Shown here in pieces: positions 25,332 through 32,045 of a DNA stretch of 46,290 nt (position 1 is the first letter of the stretch; every line of letters starts with the position of its first letter). Both the position numbers and the translations under genes were made by a program. Under the pieces are notes generated by a model that was not told where the DNA came from, did no database searches, and saw only the letters and a list, made by a program, of their open reading frames with translations. The DNA is from Anaerolineae bacterium. Lineage in GTDB: Bacteria; Chloroflexota; Anaerolineae; CG2-30-64-16. The stretch lies in NCBI GenBank assembly GCA_025454635.1, contig JALOOB010000013.1, positions 1-46,290 of the forward strand, in the 5' to 3' direction.

Positions 25332-25360
25332 ATGATAGCGCGGTTTTCGAGGTTTGTCAA
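25332..25360 (-). promoter_or_regulatory. sigma70-type promoter of the aromatic operon (TTGACA - 17 nt - TATCAT)
   Basis: Reverse complement of 25355-25360 is TTGACA. 17-nt spacer. Reverse complement of 25332-25337 is TATCAT. Confidence 0.6.
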
Positions 25361-25447
25361 GCCGCGAAAGCGCCGCGCCATCCCGAACTTTGAGCGAGAG
25401 ACGAATTGGCCGCAGTGTGAACGAATCGCAGCGATGAAACCGCTCAC

Positions 25448-25504
25448 CAAAGACCTTCGAGGGTGACCTCAGCTTCGGTGAAGGTCAAAACCTCGAAGGT
25501 CTGG
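25448..25504 (-). terminator. Terminator-like nested hairpin downstream of the M1 peptidase gene
   Basis: Perfect 12-bp inverted repeat agaccttcgagg (25451-25462) / cctcgaaggtct (25491-25502). On the minus strand it is followed by TTTGGTG (weak U tract). Confidence 0.45.
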
Positions 25505-25522
25505 CAGCGGTTGCGCGCAGCT

Positions 25523-26932
25523 TTAGTCGATCGCGGGTTCGCCCATCTTGTTCAGCCACTCGTCGAACCGCGCGGACAACTCCTGCCCGCTGACTTCCTC
25601 TGCAACGGCGATGAACTCCTCCGAGCTTGCCGTCCCATCGCGGTAGCGTTCGAGATACGTGCGCAGCAGCTTAAAGAAAGCCTCTTCGCCCACCTGCTTG
25701 CGGAGCGCGTGTATGACGAGCGCGCCGCCAATGTAGGGCTCGTCATTATAGAGTCTGTTCGCGCCAGGATCGCCCACGGGCGCCGTAGCCTGATACGCAT
25801 CCGCATAGACCTTGGCAACCTTGTCGAGCGTCTGGAGGTCCCTTTCGCGCGTCTGCCAGAGCCACTCGGCATAGGTGGCCATGCCTTCCTTGAGCCACAC
25901 ATCCTGCCATGCTTCCAGACTGACGCTGTTGCCGAACCACTGGTGAGCGATCTCGTGCGCAATGACATCGGCTGCGGCGGAAGGCAAGGAGGGGCACAAG
26001 ACGACCAATTCGTGCTGCTCGGCTCCCCCAATGGACCCCGCGCACAACGGGTGCGCGTCGCTCGCAATGACGGAAGCGTACGCCTTGAAGGGGTAAGGGC
26101 CAAAGAGGCTGCTGAAGTAGGCGATCATCTCCGGAGCTTTCCGGAAATGCGTCCTCTGGCCTTCATAGTATTCCGGAGGGAAGTAGTTGCGGATGACGAC
26201 GCCGTTCGGGCCGTCCAGCGTCTCGACTTCATATTGACCGACGTTAACGGATGTCAGATAGGTAGTAGTGGGTTGCGCGGATTCAAAGATGAAACGCGTG
26301 CGGTCGCCGAGGTCGCTTTGTTCCCGCGGCTCGCCGGAGGCGACGACAATCCAGGGCTTGGGCACCGTGACCTCGAACCGGAACGCCGCCTTATCGCGAG
26401 GGTGGTCGTTGGCGGGGAACCAGCCGCGCGCGCCGCTTGGCTCGTTCATCGCGTTGATGGAGCCGTCCGTATCATGCGCCCAGCCCAGCCCTTCGCTGCC
26501 GTACACGACATCCGGCGCAGGGCCGGGCTGACCGTGATAGCGGATGGTCACCGTGAAGTCTCGGCCCGCGGTGAGCGGGCGGGATGGCGTGAGGAGCAAC
26601 TCGGCTTGCTCCTGCTCGAATTTGGCGGCGTTCCCGTTGACCTGCGCTTCGTCGATGGTGAGGCCGGTGAAGTCGAGGTAGAAGGCCCCTAGCTGTTCGG
26701 TGGCGATTGCTTCGATCCGGGTTTCGCCGGCGACCGTGTTGCTCTCCGGCAGGATGTCGAGCGCGATGACATAGCGCTTGACGTCATAACCGCCGTTGCC
26801 CAGGGCGGGGTAGTATGAGTCGCCCGACGTCGACGGCCCCACCACCGCGGGCAGCGACTGCGCGCAGCCCGACAAGATCGCGAGAACGAGAAACGCGGCG
26901 CTGAGACGCGCCGTTGTTAGCCGCCTGCTCAT
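25523..26932 (-). CDS. M1-family zinc aminopeptidase, lipoprotein
   Basis: GGAGGA before the ATG at 26932. Lipobox LAILSGC. HEIAHQWFGN ... WLKEGMATY (HExxH-18-E). Confidence 0.85.
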   Translation of the reverse strand: MSRRLTTARLSAAFLVLAILSGCAQSLPAVVGPSTSGDSYYPALGNGGYDVKRYVIALDILPESNTVAGETRIEAIATEQLGAFYLDFTGLTIDEAQVNGNAAKFEQEQAELLLTPSRPLTAGRDFTVTIRYHGQPGPAPDVVYGSEGLGWAHDTDGSINAMNEPSGARGWFPANDHPRDKAAFRFEVTVPKPWIVVASGEPREQSDLGDRTRFIFESAQPTTTYLTSVNVGQYEVETLDGPNGVVIRNYFPPEYYEGQRTHFRKAPEMIAYFSSLFGPYPFKAYASVIASDAHPLCAGSIGGAEQHELVVLCPSLPSAAADVIAHEIAHQWFGNSVSLEAWQDVWLKEGMATYAEWLWQTRERDLQTLDKVAKVYADAYQATAPVGDPGANRLYNDEPYIGGALVIHALRKQVGEEAFFKLLRTYLERYRDGTASSEEFIAVAEEVSGQELSARFDEWLNKMGEPAID

Positions 26933-27052
26933 GCCATCCTCCACTTCACAATGAGCAATCAGGGCTGGCTGTCAGTATTGGTAAACGTCCGGGCGCGCGA
27001 TATTACAGTAGGGAAGGATGCAATCGGAACGAGAATCGCGCGAGTCTACGTT

Positions 27053-27080
27053 TTCGCAAAGTGGCCGGGTCTGCTACACT
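27053..27080 (+). promoter_or_regulatory. Possible promoter giving a leaderless transcript for the SpoU methyltransferase (TTCGCA - 16 nt - TACACT with TGc)
   Basis: The -10 ends 6 nt before the ATG at 27087. No Shine-Dalgarno sequence is visible. Confidence 0.3.
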
Positions 27081-27086
27081 CGCCGC

Positions 27087-27656
27087 ATGACAACGGACAA
27101 ACCCATGAAGCAGCTCCACAAGAAGAAGGAAACGAAGGAATTCCTCAGGCAGGTCGCAAGGCCCAGCATCGAGCTGGCATTCCTGCTGCGCAGCGTGGAG
27201 GACCCGGTGAATGTAGGCGCGGCCTTTCGCATTGCGGACTGCGTCGGCGCGACGCGGCTGCTGCTGACCAACACAACGCCGCAGCCGCCGCATCCCACGA
27301 TTGCCGGCGTGGGTCGGGGGACACATCGCCGCGTCAAGTGGGACTATTTCGCGGAGGATGCCGCGGCCATCGCGGACGTCAAGCGCCACGGCTTTCATGT
27401 CTGCGCGATCGAGCTGGCGACGGGCGCACAGCCGTACTATGCGTTCGAGTATCCAGAGAAGACATGCTTGCTGGTGGGGAGCGAGGGGTTGGGCGTGTCG
27501 AAGGCGACGCTGGCGCTGTGCGACTCGGCCGTGTTTATCCCCATGTACGGCAAGGCGCCGTCGCTCAACGTGCACGTGTCGCTGGCGGTGGTCGCGTTTC
27601 ATGCGGTGTATCAGAGCATCAGTTTCACGGCAGATGAGATTGAGCAAACGCAATGA
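27087..27656 (+). CDS. SpoU/TrmH-family RNA 2'-O-methyltransferase
   Basis: VEDPVNVGAAFRIADCVGA, LLVGSEGLGVS, IPMYGKAPSLNVHVSLAV motifs. Start codon uncertain. Confidence 0.8.
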   Translation: MTTDKPMKQLHKKKETKEFLRQVARPSIELAFLLRSVEDPVNVGAAFRIADCVGATRLLLTNTTPQPPHPTIAGVGRGTHRRVKWDYFAEDAAAIADVKRHGFHVCAIELATGAQPYYAFEYPEKTCLLVGSEGLGVSKATLALCDSAVFIPMYGKAPSLNVHVSLAVVAFHAVYQSISFTADEIEQTQ

Positions 27657-27703
27657 CACGGAGTCATTGACCTTGCGGCACCGTGCCATTGGATTATTCC
27701 GTG

Positions 27704-27732
27704 TTGCCATTTACCCGCGATAGCCCTACAAT
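27704..27732 (+). promoter_or_regulatory. sigma70-type promoter (TTGCCA - 17 nt - TACAAT)
   Basis: ttgcca at 27704-27709, 17-nt spacer, tacaat at 27727-27732. About 35 nt upstream of the ATG at 27768. Confidence 0.5.
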
Positions 27733-27767
27733 GCCCGCAACGGAAACCTAACGGGAAGGAGCGCCAA

Positions 27768-28310
27768 ATGTCCATCCAGGAAACCCGAGAGAGAGTCCGC
27801 ACGCGCGTGTGGCAGTCAATCGCGTCGAGCGGCGTGTCGGTGACAGCGATCCCGAAGGAGCAGCTCGACACCCTTGTCGATGCGATCGTCGACGGCGTGC
27901 TGGTTGCGATCGACAGCGAGTTTGAGCAGGCAGGGTTGCCGGCGCAGCAGGCAGCGGCGGCCGGGGAGACGCTGGCAGAGGAAGAGAAGGTGCTGTGGGA
28001 GGGGCGGCCGTTCCTCTCACTGACCACGCATTACAAGATCACCAATGAGCGTGTCCGCGCGCGCTATGGCCTGTTGGGCAGGGATTTCGACGACATCGAG
28101 CTGATCCGAATTCAGGACCTCGACCGCACGCAGGGGATTGGGGAGCGGATGATCGACATCGGCGACATCCACATCCAGAGCGCGGATCCGTCAATGCCCA
28201 AGCTCGTTCTCTCCAACGTCGCGGAGCCGGACAAGGTGCATGAGATCTTGCGCCGCGCAATGCTGGAGGCGCGGAAGAAGTTCCGGTACAGCGTCCAGGA
28301 AGAGATGTAA
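27768..28310 (+). CDS. Bacterial PH-domain (bPH_2/YdbS-like) protein
   Basis: AAGGAG 7 nt before the ATG. EKVLWEGRP...YKITNERV....I.L.RIQDLD..QG...R..GIGDI pattern. Confidence 0.6.
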   Translation: MSIQETRERVRTRVWQSIASSGVSVTAIPKEQLDTLVDAIVDGVLVAIDSEFEQAGLPAQQAAAAGETLAEEEKVLWEGRPFLSLTTHYKITNERVRARYGLLGRDFDDIELIRIQDLDRTQGIGERMIDIGDIHIQSADPSMPKLVLSNVAEPDKVHEILRRAMLEARKKFRYSVQEEM

Positions 28311-28394
28311 CAAGTCACTTCAAACCCGGCGGGGCGCCCCTGTTTCGGTGTTCCCGCCGGGACTCTGCGCATTCCCCGTCGGAGCCGTTTCCTC

Positions 28395-29411
28395 ATGCCC
28401 CCACGACAGACCGACCGCCGCATCCAGTGGCGCCGCTCGCCCGTGCCGCGCGATGCGCTGCCCGTGCTCAACCAGCGTAGCGACGCGAAGGGCCTGATCC
28501 AGACGCTCGGCCATCTCGGCCTGCTTCTTATCACCGGCGTCGCAGCCTGGGCTGCTCTCTACCGCCTCTCCGGCCCCGCGCGTATCCCCGTGTTTGTCGC
28601 TGTCGTTTACCTCCACGGCGCACTGTGGGCGTTTTTGCTGAACGGCTTCCACGAGCTGTGCCACAGGAGCGTGTTCAAGACGAAGGCGCTGAACACCTTC
28701 TTTCTCAACGTCGTCAGCTTCCTGAGCTGGTATAACCCGGTCATTTTTTGGGCGAGCCACCAGGAGCACCACAAGTGGACGCTGCATCCGCCGGACGACC
28801 TCGAAGTGGTGTTGCCCGCGCGGCTGACCGTCGTCAGCTTCCTCAAGGTGCTGATAGTCAGCCCGTGGGAGTTGTGGAAGCGGTTCAGCGAGTTCGTCCG
28901 GTTCAGTATGGGGCGGCTGGAGGGGCAGTGGGAGAATCACCTGTTTCCGCCGGAAGCAGTTGAGGAACGGCGCGCGCTATTCCGCTATGCGCGGCTGCAC
29001 CTGCTCGGCCACGCGCTCATCGTGGTCGTTTCGCTGGCGCTGGGCTGGTGGCTTGTGCCGGTGCTGGTCACGCTCGCGCCATTCTACGGCAACGGCTTGC
29101 AGTGGCTGCTCAATAACACACAGCACACGGGGCTGATCGACAACACGCCCGACTACCGGTTGTGCTGCCGCACCATCCTCATAAATCCGTTCTTCCGCTT
29201 TATCTATTGGAACATGAACTACCACACGGAGCACCACATGTACGCGGCGGTGCCGTGCTACAACCTGCCGAAGCTGCATGAGTACGTGAAGGCTGACTTG
29301 CCGCCGAGCCCGCGGGGATTGGTTGGCGCGTGGCGCGAAATTGCCGGCATTTTGCGGCGGCAGGAAGTGGAGCCGGGGTATCAGCACCGGCAGGAGATCC
29401 CGGTCGCGTGA
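28395..29411 (+). CDS. Membrane fatty-acid desaturase family protein
   Basis: Three His boxes (HELCHRS, HQEHHKW, HTEHHMY) plus transmembrane segments. Confidence 0.85.
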   Translation: MPPRQTDRRIQWRRSPVPRDALPVLNQRSDAKGLIQTLGHLGLLLITGVAAWAALYRLSGPARIPVFVAVVYLHGALWAFLLNGFHELCHRSVFKTKALNTFFLNVVSFLSWYNPVIFWASHQEHHKWTLHPPDDLEVVLPARLTVVSFLKVLIVSPWELWKRFSEFVRFSMGRLEGQWENHLFPPEAVEERRALFRYARLHLLGHALIVVVSLALGWWLVPVLVTLAPFYGNGLQWLLNNTQHTGLIDNTPDYRLCCRTILINPFFRFIYWNMNYHTEHHMYAAVPCYNLPKLHEYVKADLPPSPRGLVGAWREIAGILRRQEVEPGYQHRQEIPVA

Positions 29412-29455
29412 ACCAAAGACGGGTCTCTTGCCAGCTTCGCCGCAAGAGACCCGTC
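29411..29455 (-). terminator. Terminator between convergent desaturase and sulfatase genes
   Basis: Perfect 14-bp inverted repeat gacgggtctcttgc (29418-29431) / gcaagagacccgtc (29442-29455). TTTGGTT follows on the minus strand. Confidence 0.6.
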
Positions 29456-29487
29456 GGGTCTGGTATTCAGCGCACCTAATACAACTT

Positions 29488-29514
29488 GTAGGGGCAACCA
29501 CCGGTCGCCCCTAC
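29488..29514. repeat. GC-rich REP-like hairpin gtaggggcaacc-acc-ggtcgcccctac
   Basis: 12-nt arms with one mismatch. Only one copy in this window. Confidence 0.5.
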
Positions 29515-29560
29515 GACGGCGGCTTTGTCAGGCGCCCTTAGCGCAGGAACGCGCGCCTGC

Positions 29561-31921
29561 CTACTGCCGCGCGAGGATGGCCCGCAGCGCGGCCTCGTCG
29601 TCCTTGATCAGTTCCCCGCTTACGTCCACCGTGACGCTATGCAGCTTGCCCGTGAACCTGAACGGCGGCTTGTACTTGTCCCACACAGGCGAGCCGGTGT
29701 CCGCACCCGCGACGACCCCGCCGGCCAGCCCGATGATCAGCGGCATCGTGAGCGGCACGTCGACTGCGCCCACCAGCTTATTATCGATGTAAAGCTGAGC
29801 GCAGCCCGGCGCACCCTTGCCGGACGCGATGTCAGGCTTGCCCGTGACCTCGAACTCCAGGCGGAGACTGTGGTGGCCTTCCGGCACGCGCGCGTTCGAC
29901 TCGGCGTGGTAGAACTCGGCGCCCACGTAGTTGTAGACGTAGTGCAGCCGGCCGTCCTGCATGTAAAGCGCGAAACCGCCCTGCACGTCGCCTGCAGAGA
30001 GGAGCGCGCCCTCAGCGCCGCCGGCCGGGATTTCAACGTCCGCGGTGATGCTGTGGGGCCGGTTGAGGAACTGCGGCCCGGCGTTCGTGGGGACCATCTG
30101 CGTATTGGGATAGTAGGTGTAGCTCGTGCGGTTGACAGCGATAGCGGGTCTTGGCTCGGCGAAGCGCTGGGTGCCGCGGCCGTCGACCGGGAGCACGTTG
30201 TATTTGCCGGCTTCGACGTACCAGGTGGCGATCATCTCGATCAGCTTGGCCCGGTTCTGCTCAGCGATGTTGTGGTTCTCCGCGTAGTCCTCGTCGACGT
30301 GGTAGAGTTCCCAACCCTTCGCGTCCAGCTCGGTCAGCTTGTCCTTGTCGATCGGCGCGCCGAAGAACATGCCGGCCTCTTTGAAGGATGTGCCCGGCCA
30401 CGGGCAAATTGCGCGCCAGCCGTCGTGGTAGATCGAGCGATGGCCCATCATCTCGAAGTACTGCGTGATGTGTTTTGAGGGCGCGAGCGAGTCGTCCAGC
30501 GCGTGGGCGAAGCTGTGGCCCTCGATCGGGGATTGCGTGACGCCCTTGATCGCGGTGGGCGGCTCGACGGCGAGCAGTTCGAGGATCGTCGGGGCCATGT
30601 CGATAGCGTGCGCGTACTGCGTGCGGACGTCGCCCTTCGCCTGGATGCCCTTCGGCCAGTGAATGATGAACGGGTCGCTAATGCCGCCGCGGTAGGTCTC
30701 GCGCTTCCAGCGCCTGAAAGGCGTGTTGCCTGCCCAGGTCCAGCCCCACGCGTAATGGTTGAAGGTATTGGGCATCCCGATGTCGTCGATCATTGCCAGG
30801 TTCTGTTCGAGCGAATCGGGGACATTGTTGAAGAACTTGTTCTCGTTCACAGAGCCGGTCGGCCCACCCTCAGAGCTGGCCCCGTTGTCTGAGATGAACA
30901 TAATGATGGTATTGTCCCACTCGCCGATGCTCTTCAGGAAATCGAACAGGCGGCCGTAGTGGTAGTCGGTATGTGTGAGGAACCCGGCGAAAACCTCCAT
31001 CATGCGCGCGTAGAGGCGCTTCTCGTCCGCGGAGAGAGAGTCCCACTCCTGCACGTCGGGGTCGTGCCGTGAGAGCTCCGCGTCCGCCGGCACGATCCCG
31101 AGCTCTTTCTGCCGCGCGAAGACCTTCTCCCGGTACGCGTCCCAACCATCGTCGAACTGGCCCTTGTACTCGTCTGACCATTCCTTGGACACGTGATGCG
31201 GCGCGTGCATGGCGCCGGGGCAGAAGTACATGAAGAAGGGCTTGTTAGGCGCGACTTGCTTGGCGTCTGCGATGAACGCGATTGCGTGGTCGACCAGGTC
31301 CTCCGTGAGGTGGTAGCCCTCTTCCGGGGTCTTTTCCGGCTCGACCGAGTGATTGTCGTACACCAACTCGGGGTAGTACTGGTGGGTGTCGCCGCCGAGG
31401 AAGCCGTAGAAGCGCTCGAAGCCGCGGCCAAGCGGCCAGCGATCATAAGGACCGGCCGCGGAGATCTGGTCGCCCGGCGTGAGATGCCATTTGCCGATGG
31501 CATAGGTGTTGTAGCCCTGCTGGAGCAGGATTTCCGAAAGCATCCCGTTCTCGAAGGGGATGTTGGCGTTCCCGCCAGGGAAGCCGGTCGAGCCTTCGGT
31601 GATGCACGACATGGCGTTCGAATGGTGATTGCGGCCGGTGAGGATGCAAGAGCGCGTCGGCGAGCAGAGCGCGGTAGTGTGCATGTTGTTGAAGAGCAAC
31701 CCTTCGGCTGCAAGCGCGTCGATGTTGGGCGTCTTGATGGGACTACCGTAGCACCCCATCTGGCCGAAACCCGTGTCGTCCTGCACGATGAACAGGACGT
31801 TGGGCGCGCCTTCGCGCGCGCGTAGCGGCTGCGGCCACGCAGGGCTGGAGACGTCGAAAGTGCGGCCGATGACGCCGCTGAACGCGGTCCCGGGTTTATA
31901 TTCTTTCAGTGCCACGGTCAA
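29561..31921 (-). CDS. Arylsulfatase (formylglycine-dependent sulfatase family, no signal peptide seen)
   Basis: LFIVQDDTGFG, CSPTRSCILTGRNHH (C-x-P-x-R), GKWHL motifs. Start is TTG at 31921 or GTG at 31915. Confidence 0.9.
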   Translation of the reverse strand: MTVALKEYKPGTAFSGVIGRTFDVSSPAWPQPLRAREGAPNVLFIVQDDTGFGQMGCYGSPIKTPNIDALAAEGLLFNNMHTTALCSPTRSCILTGRNHHSNAMSCITEGSTGFPGGNANIPFENGMLSEILLQQGYNTYAIGKWHLTPGDQISAAGPYDRWPLGRGFERFYGFLGGDTHQYYPELVYDNHSVEPEKTPEEGYHLTEDLVDHAIAFIADAKQVAPNKPFFMYFCPGAMHAPHHVSKEWSDEYKGQFDDGWDAYREKVFARQKELGIVPADAELSRHDPDVQEWDSLSADEKRLYARMMEVFAGFLTHTDYHYGRLFDFLKSIGEWDNTIIMFISDNGASSEGGPTGSVNENKFFNNVPDSLEQNLAMIDDIGMPNTFNHYAWGWTWAGNTPFRRWKRETYRGGISDPFIIHWPKGIQAKGDVRTQYAHAIDMAPTILELLAVEPPTAIKGVTQSPIEGHSFAHALDDSLAPSKHITQYFEMMGHRSIYHDGWRAICPWPGTSFKEAGMFFGAPIDKDKLTELDAKGWELYHVDEDYAENHNIAEQNRAKLIEMIATWYVEAGKYNVLPVDGRGTQRFAEPRPAIAVNRTSYTYYPNTQMVPTNAGPQFLNRPHSITADVEIPAGGAEGALLSAGDVQGGFALYMQDGRLHYVYNYVGAEFYHAESNARVPEGHHSLRLEFEVTGKPDIASGKGAPGCAQLYIDNKLVGAVDVPLTMPLIIGLAGGVVAGADTGSPVWDKYKPPFRFTGKLHSVTVDVSGELIKDDEAALRAILARQ

Positions 31922-32045
31922 TTCCCCCTCTCGCAGGTAGTGCGCCCGTCGCCGGCGCGTGAGCTCATTGTGGGCATGATACGCGATTGGGGGAGGGCGC
32001 GCATCGCCTTAGTTGGTGTAAGAACGGAGTAGACGCGCGGTTATC

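Noticed and set aside
29488-29514. GC-rich hairpin gtaggggcaacc/ggtcgcccctac as a member of a REP family
   Set aside because: Only one copy is visible in this window, so family status cannot be supported here. It is listed as a simple hairpin feature only.
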